Below are positions 20,010 through 30,301 of a stretch of 64,000 nt of DNA, piece by piece (within the stretch, counting starts at the first letter, position 1; every line of letters begins with the position of its first letter). Where the stretch lies: NCBI GenBank assembly GCA_036821145.1, contig DAISJZ010000003.1, positions 16,587-80,586 of the forward strand, written 5' to 3'. Origin of the DNA: Spirochaetota bacterium. Lineage in GTDB: Bacteria; Spirochaetota; UBA4802; UBA5550. A program made the position numbers and the translations under genes. Below the pieces are notes generated by a model. The model ran no database searches. It was not told where the DNA came from and saw only the letters and a program-made list of their open reading frames with translations.

Positions 20010-21610
20010 AACGCTCCACCGTAAAACTCATTCATATAATCAGTCTCATTCTCTTTTCGATTATGATTCAACAGATCATCCGTAATCCGGGTTACGGATA
20101 TGAAAGCCGGACATGCATCCATGCCGAAACAACCCGCGACATTATCAATTACAGTGATGAAGAGGCCTCTCAGATTGCAAGGATCCGCTTATCGGAAAAT
20201 ATCGATGATACCTTTATATTCAACTATTCTGTACTGCATGACATAAATAATGGAAAAAATGATTATACATGGAACATAGGGCTAAATAACATTTATAATC
20301 ATTTTGATTTTATAGCCGGCAACTATAATCTGAGATTCGGTTCAGGGCTGATTATGGGTAGGAAAAAATTTATATCATCCGATTCATTTTCTAAATCAAT
20401 GATTGTATCTCATGATGAATCAATTGTACCCTCAACAGGAACTAATCCCTCAGCATCATTTTCCGGAACTGCAGTGGAAATATACACTTCCGGAGATGAA
20501 TATTCAGCAGGCTGTATCCCTTTCATCTCGTCACAGAAGAGGTATATCACTTCAGAAGAACTGGAGCAGGGTTATATTAAATCCTCCTTATCTGCTCTAT
20601 CCGAAAGGACAACAGGTAATTCAAAATACAGTGAATATGCAAATATCCTGAATTACGGAGGGATGCTATGGTTTTCTTTCATTGATTACTTCACAGTTCA
20701 GGTTTACGGTTTCGAAACTGAACTGCTTGCCCCAGGCAGAAACAATCTGAAATGGGAATATGATACAGCAAAAAAATCAGGGATAGAAGGATATAAAGCA
20801 GGTGGAATCTTTATTGAATATTCTGATAATGTTATATCATTCTTCATTGAACCTGCCTTCTCTCTAAGAGAGTACGATGCTCCTGTAACAGGGAAAGCTA
20901 TCATGTGGGGATTCGGTGCAAAAAACAGTGTGGCTTTGTTTTCAGTAAGAGGGAAGAACTGCGATCCCGATTTCAGGTCGGAATACTCATCAGGCGACAG
21001 GAACCCGGAGAATGTTTTTGAAATTAAAACCGGAATCATTCCTCTTAAAAAATTAGAATTCGGAGCGTTGTTTTTCAGCGAAAAAAACATAAATCCTGCA
21101 TATAGTTCAGATTGTCCCGGGGGAACAGTGAGGGAGGAGTTCTATTCCGGAATAAGACCGTACAGATGGATTAAGCTGGATTTTACAGCAGCAAGGGTGA
21201 GAAACTACAGCGATGACCTTGAACAGGAGAAAATCAAAGTCTCGTCATCCGTTTTATTAACTCTTCCATGGAATTTTTTCTTCAGAATGAAGTCAGACAT
21301 TCAGAGAGAAAATTCAGAAAAGGCAACAGTTTCAGCCTGTGAGCTGAAATATCTGTTCTTTAATAACTTCATCTTTTCCGCAGGCTACACAGATATACGT
21401 GCAGGCAATGAAAATGGAATTTACGCTGCTATTATCCCGGCAGCCGAGGCTGAAATGTGCACATCCCTTTACAGAGATTCGGCAAAAGGGGGTGCGGTAA
21501 AACTCAGGTACAAGAGAGAGAATCTCTCTTTCCACGCAAGGGGGGCAGTTATTGAAACAGGGGGAGAGAGGGAGATTACAGCAGAATCATCCCTCGGCTT
21601 CATTTTTTAA
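20006..21610 (+). CDS. Hypothetical outer-membrane beta-barrel-like protein
   Basis: 534 aa with an N-terminal hydrophobic anchor or signal. Tyr/Gly/Ser/Phe-rich alternating pattern; the terminal residue is Phe (...SSLGFIF), as in many OMPs. The start overlaps the upstream stop (ATGA). Confidence 0.45.
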   Translation: MKRSTVKLIHIISLILFSIMIQQIIRNPGYGYESRTCIHAETTRDIINYSDEEASQIARIRLSENIDDTFIFNYSVLHDINNGKNDYTWNIGLNNIYNHFDFIAGNYNLRFGSGLIMGRKKFISSDSFSKSMIVSHDESIVPSTGTNPSASFSGTAVEIYTSGDEYSAGCIPFISSQKRYITSEELEQGYIKSSLSALSERTTGNSKYSEYANILNYGGMLWFSFIDYFTVQVYGFETELLAPGRNNLKWEYDTAKKSGIEGYKAGGIFIEYSDNVISFFIEPAFSLREYDAPVTGKAIMWGFGAKNSVALFSVRGKNCDPDFRSEYSSGDRNPENVFEIKTGIIPLKKLEFGALFFSEKNINPAYSSDCPGGTVREEFYSGIRPYRWIKLDFTAARVRNYSDDLEQEKIKVSSSVLLTLPWNFFFRMKSDIQRENSEKATVSACELKYLFFNNFIFSAGYTDIRAGNENGIYAAIIPAAEAEMCTSLYRDSAKGGAVKLRYKRENLSFHARGAVIETGGEREITAESSLGFIF

Positions 21611-22990
21611 ATTACTATATATCTCTTCCGCTTTTTCAATAAGCAGATTTTCTTTATTCATTTCAGGTTCATCTAAGACCATCTCAAGGAGTTCGTGGAG
21701 TATCCGGCCGACAAGGGGGCCCGGCTTAAGATCAAACTTCTCCATGATTATGTTGCCGTTAATCCGGAGATCGCGAACTGTTATGGCATTTTCAGCTTCA
21801 ATAACAGCATCAATTCTCTCCTGCAGTTTTTTTATCGGTTCAGGGAGACCTGTCCTTGTGCCGTTTCCGATTCTGTCAGCTTCACGAAGTTCAAATAGAT
21901 CCGGAATATTTTCAACTCCCACCTTTCTCATGAAACGCCTTACAGCTCCGTCGCTCCAGTCATCCGTATAATGAAACATATGGTTAATCACAAGGTTATT
22001 CACAATCTCTATTTCGGAATTGGAGAACTTAAGCCTTTTCATCAGTTTTCTCACCATTCTGGCACCGATAACTTCATGATTGTAAAAAGTGTACTCCCCC
22101 TCTTCTGTCTGTTTTCGTGTACTCACCTTCCCTATGTCATGAAGAAGTGCGGAAAGCCTCACAAGGGGCTTATCCTTTGGCGCTGCGTCACAGGAATATA
22201 AACTGTGATAATATATATCATAAGCATGGAATCTGTTCTGTTCAATTTCATAGCACGCATCAAGTTCAGGGAGCGAAAGTTTCATAAGGCCTGAACGTCT
22301 CATATACTCAAATCCCCTGGACGGTGTATCAGCAGCAAGGAGTTTCATCAGCTCCTCCCTGATCCTTTCAGCAGAGACTTTCTCCGCCACATCAAGAGTT
22401 TTACTTATTGCATTAAAAGTTGAAATCTCAATTTCAAAACCGAGCTTTGCTGAGAACCTGCAGGCCCTGTAGGTTCTGAGACCATCTTCACCAAACCTGT
22501 CCAGAGGGCTGCCTATAGTCTTTATTATACACCGGTCAAGATCATCAATACCGCCCACAAGGTCGATAATCTCATCTTTTTTCATATCATAGGCAAGACC
22601 GTTTATTGTAAAATCGCGCCGCAGAACATCCTCCTGAAGGGTGTCAGAAAAGGAGATCGACTCAGGCCTTCTGCCGTCAAGGTACCTGCCGTCAGCCCTG
22701 TATGTTGTAACCTCAAACTCCATTCCCGCGAAAAGAACGGTAACAGTGCCGTGCTTTATACCGGTAGGAGCAACACGCCTGAAAAGCTTCATAACCTGCT
22801 CTGGCCTTGCATTTGTAGCAAAGTCATAATCATAAGTATCATGTCCGAGAAGCAGGTCGCGTACGCAGCCACCAACGAGATAGCAGTCGAATCCGCTCTT
22901 TTCAAAGGTACCGGTAAACTCTTTCAGCGGTTTGCGGAGCCTTTCAGGTATATTTAAATTTTTAATGCTCATTATTCTTTCAGTAACCAT
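21587..22990 (-). CDS. cca: CCA-adding tRNA nucleotidyltransferase with HD domain
   Basis: YLVGGCVRDLLLG...DYDFAT polymerase-beta-type NTase motif. The C-terminal HD domain has LLHDIGK. Confidence 0.85.
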   Translation of the reverse strand: MVTERIMSIKNLNIPERLRKPLKEFTGTFEKSGFDCYLVGGCVRDLLLGHDTYDYDFATNARPEQVMKLFRRVAPTGIKHGTVTVLFAGMEFEVTTYRADGRYLDGRRPESISFSDTLQEDVLRRDFTINGLAYDMKKDEIIDLVGGIDDLDRCIIKTIGSPLDRFGEDGLRTYRACRFSAKLGFEIEISTFNAISKTLDVAEKVSAERIREELMKLLAADTPSRGFEYMRRSGLMKLSLPELDACYEIEQNRFHAYDIYYHSLYSCDAAPKDKPLVRLSALLHDIGKVSTRKQTEEGEYTFYNHEVIGARMVRKLMKRLKFSNSEIEIVNNLVINHMFHYTDDWSDGAVRRFMRKVGVENIPDLFELREADRIGNGTRTGLPEPIKKLQERIDAVIEAENAITVRDLRINGNIIMEKFDLKPGPLVGRILHELLEMVLDEPEMNKENLLIEKAEEIYSNLKNEAEG

Positions 22991-23180
22991 AATCCAGTTG
23001 AGTTAGTATTGCATAATCCGTGTAAAACAGAAATAATTTAAAAAAAGAGTCTTAAAATATTACAGGAATACCTCAATACTCTTCATTATAAACCACTTAA
23101 AAATTCAATTAGAAGGGAGTCAATAAGGAAATTAATGAAGGATAGTTTCCGGCTGTTCAGGCTGAACAACCGGGCAGAGT

Positions 23181-24866
23181 CTATTTTATTTCAGACCCTG
23201 CATAAGGGCGCGCATATACAGAGGGGGATAAATTCGATTCATGATTATACACTGTACCAGGTTTATAAGAATCATAAGCTGTAACAGAAAAATAGTACAG
23301 CACTGTATTTTCAAGAAAAGGATAGAGCAGAACTCCTCTCTTATCTGATTTTCTGTTCTCTTCAATCAGGTCATTATCAATCCTGACGTTTACATAATTT
23401 CCGCCGGCAGGATCATTTGTGATAAAGCCCCCTTTCACAGTAGAAATAATACCGTCATGAATACCTTTGCGTGTGCCGTAATAGATCCTGTAACCCATAA
23501 GATCATGCTCAACATTTTTTCTCCATCTGAGTACAACATACCTGTCCCCCGCTTCAGCGACTTCCACAAGCGAAGGCACATCAGGAGCATGATCAGCCCT
23601 GTATTTAATTGTGATCTTTTTCAGGAGAGGTGATGCTGATCCATCCGGTGAAGCAATAAGGTGAGCGCGCCACTGGTAATATTTACCCTTCAGAAATTCA
23701 GAAGCCTCACCCTTAACCCTGTAAATGCCTTTCTGGCTGTTTGTAATCCTGTACCACTTTAACGAGTTATCCCTCGCATCAAAAGTCCTATCCGCAGTAC
23801 GTATTTCCATCCATATAAAAGTCCCATCATTACTGATTTCATCCCAGTCAAAGTCAGTTATGGAAGTTCCCGTTGTAGGGAATATGCCGACATCGCCGGT
23901 AATCACACCCTCTCTGTTATACGGTACCCTTCCCGAAGCGGAGACTCCCTTATACCTGCTGACTGCAACATCTTTACTGTTTTTAAGTGAATCAAAATCC
24001 CTGTAAGAAATACGGAACTCATCAATGAGACCATTATAATTTCTGCCGATAACTGCAAGCGGGAGGTCTGTCCCTTTTACGCTGCCATCACTCTCATCAA
24101 CATGGCCGAACATAGGAGTAAAAGAATGACCGCCCGATGCTCCTGTATCTGTCATCCATAAAACACCATCCTCATCCCCGTTTATAAACTTAGCAAGCCG
24201 TCCTGACACCCGGTCAAAGCTGAGACTGAAATGGCACCACTCCCCTCTCTTTACAGAATCTCCGCTGTTTAATACGGCACTCTTCAGACTGCCGTCAGGG
24301 GTCCTGAACATGTTATGCATGTATACAGCAATACGCCCGTTTTTTAAAAGGATCTCTATCCCTTTCTTCATGCCTGAAAAATAACCGGTTCTTTCAAAAA
24401 GAACTCCGGAATTCGTCTGGACAGGCTTCATTCTGAATTCTATATTAAAGGAGCCGAGATCATCAATGCTTCCAAGCCACAGCCCCTCTGAGGTGCTGAT
24501 GTAAACGCCATGCCCTCTCTTGAAAAAAGATGCGCACCCCCTGCCTATTCCATCACTTTTGCTGATAAAACTGTAATCAGAAGAGTATATTTCATATTTT
24601 CCGGAATCATCCTTAACATACCTCAGGGGCTCCCTGTCGAATTTCAAAAGAAGATCTGTTGAAAGAGAATCGGCTGTTGCTGAGTAGTTTATATTACTTA
24701 TGCTGTACGCCGGGCTGCCGTCAGGGAGAATTTTTTTTGTCACATTTACAAGATACCTTTCCGGAAAATCAGATATCCCGACAACTTCAGTTGAACTCTT
24801 TACGAGACCCAGAAAAGTCAGTGAAATCAGAATAATAATCAGATTTTTAGTAACAGAGAGTTTCAT
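23181..24866 (-). CDS. Exported LamG-like (concanavalin-A-type lectin) / fibronectin-III domain protein
   Basis: Start placed at MKLSVTKNLIIILISLTFLG (ATG at 24866), because the ORF-track extension overlaps the rpiB 3' end. The central region has a LamG-like pattern (GEWCHFSLSFD...GLIDEFRI). The C-terminal region looks like Fn3 (PDVPSLVEVAEAGDRYVVLRWRKN). Confidence 0.5.
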   Translation of the reverse strand: MKLSVTKNLIIILISLTFLGLVKSSTEVVGISDFPERYLVNVTKKILPDGSPAYSISNINYSATADSLSTDLLLKFDREPLRYVKDDSGKYEIYSSDYSFISKSDGIGRGCASFFKRGHGVYISTSEGLWLGSIDDLGSFNIEFRMKPVQTNSGVLFERTGYFSGMKKGIEILLKNGRIAVYMHNMFRTPDGSLKSAVLNSGDSVKRGEWCHFSLSFDRVSGRLAKFINGDEDGVLWMTDTGASGGHSFTPMFGHVDESDGSVKGTDLPLAVIGRNYNGLIDEFRISYRDFDSLKNSKDVAVSRYKGVSASGRVPYNREGVITGDVGIFPTTGTSITDFDWDEISNDGTFIWMEIRTADRTFDARDNSLKWYRITNSQKGIYRVKGEASEFLKGKYYQWRAHLIASPDGSASPLLKKITIKYRADHAPDVPSLVEVAEAGDRYVVLRWRKNVEHDLMGYRIYYGTRKGIHDGIISTVKGGFITNDPAGGNYVNVRIDNDLIEENRKSDKRGVLLYPFLENTVLYYFSVTAYDSYKPGTVYNHESNLSPSVYARPYAGSEIK

Positions 24867-24885
24867 ATCTCCATTATCGGCAGAT

Positions 24886-25323
24886 TTACGAGGAGGATTC
24901 AATTTTTCCGATTTTTTCAACACGTCTTTCATGACGGCCGCCGTCAAAATCAGTTTTAAGCCAGACCTCAGCAATTTTTATGGCGAGATCATCCCCTGTT
25001 ACACGTGCAGCAAGGGCAAGAACATTGGCATTGTTATGCTTTCGCGACATTTCGGCCATAAATTCATGCGTACATAGAGCAGCCCTGACACCCTTAACTT
25101 TATTCGCAGCAATTGATATGCCTATACCTGTTCCGCATATTACTATACCCGCATCAGCCTTTCCGGAGGCCACCTCCTCCCCTGCGAGCTTTGCATAGTC
25201 AGGATAATCGCAGGAATCCTCCGAATGTGTACCCACATCATTAAAATCATGCTCTTTAAAATGATTCTTTATTATATTCTTGAGCCTGAAACCAGCATGG
25301 TCTGATGCTATTGCAATTTTCAT
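24886..25323 (-). CDS. rpiB: Ribose-5-phosphate isomerase B
   Basis: MKIAIASDHAGFRLK...ICGTGIGISIAANK, canonical RpiB/LacAB; 145 aa. Confidence 0.9.
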   Translation of the reverse strand: MKIAIASDHAGFRLKNIIKNHFKEHDFNDVGTHSEDSCDYPDYAKLAGEEVASGKADAGIVICGTGIGISIAANKVKGVRAALCTHEFMAEMSRKHNNANVLALAARVTGDDLAIKIAEVWLKTDFDGGRHERRVEKIGKIESSS

Positions 25324-25437
25324 TAAAACCTTCCAGTATAGAGATTAATTACAACAAAACATTAAATAAACTTTTTTAAAACAACTATTTTTAAATATTA
25401 CTGCCGGAAAAATGCCGGGATTAAGTCATTAAATTTA

Positions 25438-25466
25438 TTGACTAATATTTTTGCACGTTTTAATCT
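25438..25466 (+). promoter_or_regulatory. Possible sigma70-like promoter
   Basis: TTGACT (25438..25443), 17 nt spacer, TAATCT (25461..25466), upstream of the 25500 gene. Confidence 0.3.
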
Positions 25467-25499
25467 ATATGAATCAGACAATCTGAACAAAGGCTACGC

Positions 25500-26345
25500 A
25501 TGAAAAGCAAGTTAATCGCTTCAATAATTCTTACCGCTTCCATTATTTTTGTAATGTGCGCGGGAAATCAGTCCGGGAATTATACCGGCACGAAATCAGA
25601 TAAAGGTAAAGTTGCCACATTTTACTATGACCTCCCCGCGCAATTTTCAGAGCAGATGAAAACCCTTCTTAATACCGGAAACCTTGCTGAACTGGATAAA
25701 AAAAGCCATGAGGTTTTTATATCTTTTATAAAGGAAAAAATATTCAGCATCAGAGGGATTCAGGGATCATGGATTTCCACTAATTATTTCTGGAACATCT
25801 ATAACGCTCTGCCTGATTTTGTTAACGAAAGAGAGAGACACCAGGGGTACTACCGAGATGAACCAAAACCCTCTTCAGAAGAAAGACTTATGGCGTACGC
25901 ATGCTACCGAATAAAACGCAGTCCTGAAAACATATCAAGGATCTTCAGAATTGCGAAGCCTAAACTGAAAGGACTGATTTCTGTTGACCAGTATAATGCT
26001 TCAGGCGGACGTGATTATGTTTCAGGTCTTATCGGCTGTTACAACAGACTTCACCAGATTGACGGAGTACGGGAAAAATTATCCGCTTTCTACTCCGGAA
26101 TTTATACTGAAACAGGCGCTGTCAGGACTGATGCGCCGGCAAAAGTCCTTGAAAAATACAGAAACAGCGCTTATGGTTTTTCAGGATATGACCTTGCGGA
26201 GATGCTTAGCGAAAAACTAAAGATTGATCGCTATTCGTCATTTTACTCCTCTCCATTTCTCTCTTTCTGGATGCGCAGAAACAGGGAGGGTAATATTGAT
26301 GAGACCTATCGCATCCTCTGTGAAATAGAAAGGATGTATGAATAA
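25500..26345 (+). CDS. Hypothetical lipoprotein
   Basis: 281 aa with a signal plus lipobox-like IFVMCAG. No family recognised. Confidence 0.5.
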   Translation: MKSKLIASIILTASIIFVMCAGNQSGNYTGTKSDKGKVATFYYDLPAQFSEQMKTLLNTGNLAELDKKSHEVFISFIKEKIFSIRGIQGSWISTNYFWNIYNALPDFVNERERHQGYYRDEPKPSSEERLMAYACYRIKRSPENISRIFRIAKPKLKGLISVDQYNASGGRDYVSGLIGCYNRLHQIDGVREKLSAFYSGIYTETGAVRTDAPAKVLEKYRNSAYGFSGYDLAEMLSEKLKIDRYSSFYSSPFLSFWMRRNREGNIDETYRILCEIERMYE

Positions 26346-26347
26346 AA

Positions 26348-26431
26348 AAACCGTTCATTCCCGAACGGTTTAACAGTATAAAAATACCCGCCGGAGATTA
26401 ACACCATACATATGAAGGCGGGTATTTTTTT
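26348..26431. terminator. Two hairpins between convergent genes (bidirectional terminator region)
   Basis: Hairpin 1 is AAACCGTTC-ATTCCC-GAACGGTTT (26348..26371); it is preceded by A7 on the plus strand, which gives a U7 tract for minus-strand leuS. Hairpin 2 is ATACCCGCC...GGCGGGTAT (26384..26425, 24-nt loop), followed by T7 for the plus-strand gene. Confidence 0.5.
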
Positions 26432-26436
26432 ATATT

Positions 26437-28905
26437 TTATTTAACTACTATATTCACCAGCTTGCCCGGTACAACTATCTCCTTAACAATCTGTTTCCCG
26501 GAAATATTTTCAGCCATCTTAGGATCTGCATGCGCGAGTTTCTTCATTTCATCCCCGCTTATATCTGATGACACATGAACCTTAGTCTTTATCTTCCCGT
26601 TTATCTGAAATACAATTTCAATTTCATCACGAACTGTAAGCTCTTCGATAAATTCAGGCCATTTCTCGTCAGCGAGAAAACTTTTCTTCCCGAAATCCGA
26701 CCACATCTCCTCTGCAAAATGAGGGACAAAGGGATTCATAATAGGGATAAATTTTTCAACAACTTCAGAAAATACTTTTTTACCTGTATCGCTCTTCAGT
26801 TCATCCTCAGGTATCGCGTAAAGAGCATTTGTAAGTTCCATCATCCTTGCGATTGCAGTGTTGTACTGCATCCTCTCCTCGATGTCGTGGCTTACAAATT
26901 TAACTGTACGGTGAAGTTCTATCCTGAGCTTTTTCAATTCAGCAGAAAGTTCCTCATTCTTAACGGCTGAACCCGGAACATAGAGCTCCCTGTTCTTCTG
27001 CATGAATCTCCATACGCGGTTCAGGAACCTGTAGCTCCCTTCAACGCCCTTGTCTGACCAGTCGAGATCTTTCTGCGGAGGAGATGCGAAGAGCATGAAA
27101 AGCCTTACTGTATCAGCTCCATACTTCTTTATTATTTCATCAGGATCAACCACGTTCCCTTTCGATTTGCTCATCTTTGATCCGTCTTTAATAACCATAC
27201 CCTGCGTCAGGAGCTTTTTAAACGGCTCCCGGGTTTTCAGGAGACCAAGATCATTCAGCACCATTGAGAAGAACCTTGCGTATAACAGGTGCATAACAGC
27301 ATGTTCTATCCCTCCGATATACTGGTCAACAGGCATCCAGTATGCCACTTCCTCTTCGTCAAAAATTTTATCGCTCCATGGAGAGGAATACCGCGCATAG
27401 TACCATGATGAATCAACGAATGTATCCATTGTATCAGTTTCGCGTCTTGCGTCACCGCCGCATTCAGGGCATTTCACTTTTGTAAACTCAGGCATCCTTG
27501 TAAGAGGAGACTGTGAATCCCCCCTGAAGTCAACCTCTGTAGGGAGAATTACCGGGAGGTCCTTCTCCGGAACAGGCACAGTGCCGCATTTATCGCAGTA
27601 AATAACAGGAATGGGACATCCCCAGTACCTCTGGCGGGATATACCCCAGTCCCTGAGTCTGTAATTTATAGTTCTTTCGCCGATACCCTTTTTCTCAGCG
27701 TAGTCTGCTATTTTCTCTATGGCCTCTTTATTATTCAGTCCGCTGAATTCCCCTGAATTTACACATACACCTTCACCGGTATATGCTTCAGTCATCTCTT
27801 CAGGTTTCAACGGCGCATCCGGTTTATCTATTACAATCTTCATCGGGATGCCGTATTTTTTCGCGAAGGCAAAGTCACGCACATCGTGACCGGGTACAGC
27901 CATGATTGCCCCTGTGCCATACTCCATCAGAACAAAATTCCCCACATAAAGAGAAACCTTCTCGCCTGTAAAAGGATTAATTACCTTGAGCCCGGTATCA
28001 ATCCCCTCCTTCTCTTTATCTTCTGATGTACGGTCAACCATTGACTGGGATTTACATTTTACAATAAAATCCTTAACTTTCTGATCAGCGACCTTTTCAA
28101 GCAGAGGATGTTCAGGCGCGATAACCATGAATGTAACACCGAAAATTGTATCAGGCCGTGTTGTAAAAATCGGGAAGTCCTCCCCTGTCTCAAGCTTAAA
28201 ATTCACTTTAAGCCCCGTGGAACGGCCTATCCAGTTCTTCTGCATTGTAAGAACCTGCTCAGGCCATGTGTCCGCAATCTCATCATGCCCGGCCAGAAGA
28301 TCATCGGCATATTCGGTAATCCTGAAAAACCACTGCTCCAGCTCCTTTTGCGTAACTTCCGAATCGCATCTCCAGCATACGCCGTTTTCAGCCTGTTCAT
28401 TAGCAAGAACAGTCTGACACTCCGGGCACCAGTTAACAGATGATACTTTTTTATACGCAAGCCCCTTCTCCAGCATCTTTAAAAAGATCCACTGGTTCCA
28501 CCTGTAATACTCAGGCCTGTATGTCCCCACTTCCCGGGTCCAGTCATATGAAAAACCGAGTCTCTTAAGCTGCGTCTTCATATTTGCAATATTCTCTGAT
28601 GTCCATTTGAATGGAGGGGTATTGTTCTTTATCGCCGCATTCTCCGCGGGAAGTCCGAAGGAATCCCATCCCATGGGATGAAAGATATTGAACCCCTTCA
28701 TCTTTTTATGACGTGCAACAATATCGCCGATTGTATAGTTACGAACATGACCCATATGGATCCTTCCGGAGGGATAGGGAAACATCTCAAGAACATAGTA
28801 CTTCGGTTTATTCTTATCGACCTTATTGAGGAAACTCCCCTTCTCCTCCCAGGTCTTCTGCCATTTCTCTTCAATTTCAGTAAAGTTGTAATCTCTTTCA
28901 GCCAT
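26437..28905 (-). CDS. leuS: Leucine--tRNA ligase
   Basis: 822 aa. Class I motifs [11 protein letters not shown] (HIGH) and KMSKSKGN (KMSKS), with a CP1 editing domain. Confidence 0.97.
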   Translation of the reverse strand: MAERDYNFTEIEEKWQKTWEEKGSFLNKVDKNKPKYYVLEMFPYPSGRIHMGHVRNYTIGDIVARHKKMKGFNIFHPMGWDSFGLPAENAAIKNNTPPFKWTSENIANMKTQLKRLGFSYDWTREVGTYRPEYYRWNQWIFLKMLEKGLAYKKVSSVNWCPECQTVLANEQAENGVCWRCDSEVTQKELEQWFFRITEYADDLLAGHDEIADTWPEQVLTMQKNWIGRSTGLKVNFKLETGEDFPIFTTRPDTIFGVTFMVIAPEHPLLEKVADQKVKDFIVKCKSQSMVDRTSEDKEKEGIDTGLKVINPFTGEKVSLYVGNFVLMEYGTGAIMAVPGHDVRDFAFAKKYGIPMKIVIDKPDAPLKPEEMTEAYTGEGVCVNSGEFSGLNNKEAIEKIADYAEKKGIGERTINYRLRDWGISRQRYWGCPIPVIYCDKCGTVPVPEKDLPVILPTEVDFRGDSQSPLTRMPEFTKVKCPECGGDARRETDTMDTFVDSSWYYARYSSPWSDKIFDEEEVAYWMPVDQYIGGIEHAVMHLLYARFFSMVLNDLGLLKTREPFKKLLTQGMVIKDGSKMSKSKGNVVDPDEIIKKYGADTVRLFMLFASPPQKDLDWSDKGVEGSYRFLNRVWRFMQKNRELYVPGSAVKNEELSAELKKLRIELHRTVKFVSHDIEERMQYNTAIARMMELTNALYAIPEDELKSDTGKKVFSEVVEKFIPIMNPFVPHFAEEMWSDFGKKSFLADEKWPEFIEELTVRDEIEIVFQINGKIKTKVHVSSDISGDEMKKLAHADPKMAENISGKQIVKEIVVPGKLVNIVVK

Positions 28906-28963
28906 TTAGTTTTTACTCCCAAGGGTTAGAAATATATTTTATATGAATTATTAATAGATTTAT

Positions 28964-29017
28964 GTCATTGCGAGGAGCCCTTCGGCGAGCTCAGGACAGG
29001 CATCGCGACGTGGCAAT
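28964..29017 (+). repeat. Repeat family A copy
   Basis: GTCATTGCGAGGAGCCCTTCGGCGAGCTCAGGACAGGCATCGCGACGTGGCAAT. It is 45/54 identical to the inverted copy at 13046..13099 and lies between the leuS start and the EIIA stop. Confidence 0.55.
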
Positions 29018-29470
29018 TTAAATCTGGTTATTAAAAATCTCTACAATCTCTTCCGGAGAATCTGCACCTATAATCTTCTCCTTAACAGGCTCTTTTTTAA
29101 GTATAGCCATAATATTCGAAAGAAGCCGGAGGTAATCCTTGTGCTGCTTTTCACCTGCAATAACAAGTATAATAAGTTTAACAGGCTGCCCGTCCATGGA
29201 ATCAAAATCGATACCCGTGTCAGAAATCCCGACAGCAAAGGCCATCTCCCTGACACTGTTTATCTTGGCATGCGGTATTGCAATTCCAAATCCTATACCG
29301 GTACTCATAATCTCCTCCCTCTCTTTAAGGGCATTTATGAGTAGATCAATATCACTGCAGAACCCGCTCCCTTCAAAAACTCTTGCAAGTTCCTCTATTG
29401 CCTGGAATTTATCTCCGGCATCAAGCTTTTTAATGTACTTAGAATCTGTATAATCTGTTACGGATGGCAC
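29018..29470 (-). CDS. PTS EIIA type-2 (PtsN / fructose-mannitol family) protein
   Basis: 150 aa. MSTGIGFGIAIPHAK contains the phosphorylatable His context of PTS_EIIA_2. The size is PtsN-like. Confidence 0.8.
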   Translation of the reverse strand: MPSVTDYTDSKYIKKLDAGDKFQAIEELARVFEGSGFCSDIDLLINALKEREEIMSTGIGFGIAIPHAKINSVREMAFAVGISDTGIDFDSMDGQPVKLIILVIAGEKQHKDYLRLLSNIMAILKKEPVKEKIIGADSPEEIVEIFNNQI

Positions 29471-29587
29471 TTTTGAACTCCCTGAGGTTAAATCTCAACT
29501 TACCCTTTTATGTCCGGTAAATGAAATGTCAATAATAAATTAGAAATGGGTTTTACCGGGAGCTATGTGACATATTTTAAAAACTTA

Positions 29588-29617
29588 TTGACTTATAAAA
29601 TAATATTTCTGTATACT
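29588..29617 (+). promoter_or_regulatory. Sigma70-like promoter
   Basis: TTGACT (29588..29593), 18 nt spacer, TATACT (29612..29617), about 40 nt upstream of ATG 29658. Confidence 0.4.
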
Positions 29618-29657
29618 TTTTTAAATCTCCCTCAAAACAATAGCAAGAGGTCCACCT

Positions 29658-30299
29658 ATGAAAGTCGTTCATATTCTGAAAAGAATCGAAACAATTGATA
29701 ATGATATAAAAGAGCTTCGTAAACTTGAAAAATCAATAGCCAGGGATAAATCCTTTACAACCCCTATATATATGACTATCGAAAAACAGATTAATATTCT
29801 TCTGGATGAGAGGAATAAACTTCTCGGACTGTCAATTTCAAATCCCCCTGCTAACATGGTTGCAGCTCTTGAGGGGGAGGAGGATGCCGCTCCTGAACCG
29901 CTGCATGCAATCCATGAACCTCAGAAACCTGTAAAAAAGGGGAAAAGTCAGCCTGAAAAGAAAAAATCTGCGCCCGCAGCTGCAAAACCGGCTGCGCCGG
30001 CAAAAAAACAGATAATTATACCTGACGATGACGATATCCCCATGCTTACCCAGGACCAGATTGACGCAAAATTCAGCTCTCTTAAAGCTGAACAAAAACC
30101 TGAACCGAAACATGAAGCAAAAACTGACATTAAAGCCCTGAAGGAAGAGAAAGAAGCAGCAGAGGATAACAGCGATTCTACGGATGACACCGGGATAAAA
30201 CTTCTTGATGTGGCTCTTGAAAAGGGAACGCTGAACAGAAAGACCCTTGAAAAAGAGAAAAAAGTGAGATTTTTCCGGGAAAACTTCCCTGCAGACTGA
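29658..30299 (+). CDS. Hypothetical coiled-coil / Lys-Ala-Pro-rich protein
   Basis: 213 aa with an N-terminal heptad-like region and a central KKGKSQPEKKKSAPAAAKPAAPAKK low-complexity tract (histone-H1-like composition). It has its own promoter. The opposite-strand 176 aa ORF is an F/R/C-rich mirror artefact. Confidence 0.5.
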   Translation: MKVVHILKRIETIDNDIKELRKLEKSIARDKSFTTPIYMTIEKQINILLDERNKLLGLSISNPPANMVAALEGEEDAAPEPLHAIHEPQKPVKKGKSQPEKKKSAPAAAKPAAPAKKQIIIPDDDDIPMLTQDQIDAKFSSLKAEQKPEPKHEAKTDIKALKEEKEAAEDNSDSTDDTGIKLLDVALEKGTLNRKTLEKEKKVRFFRENFPAD

Positions 30300-30301
30300 T
30301 A

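Noticed and set aside
23149-23173. Hairpin CCGGCTGTTCAG-G-CTGAACAACCGG as the terminator of the LamG/Fn3 gene
   Set aside because: The stem has a mismatch, and no U-tract follows on the minus strand. It is too weak to call an intrinsic terminator.
24867-24974. N-terminal 36-codon extension of the LamG/Fn3 gene
   Set aside because: It would overlap the 3' end of rpiB by about 90 nt. The internal Met begins a plausible signal anchor (MKLSVTKNLIIILISLTFLG).
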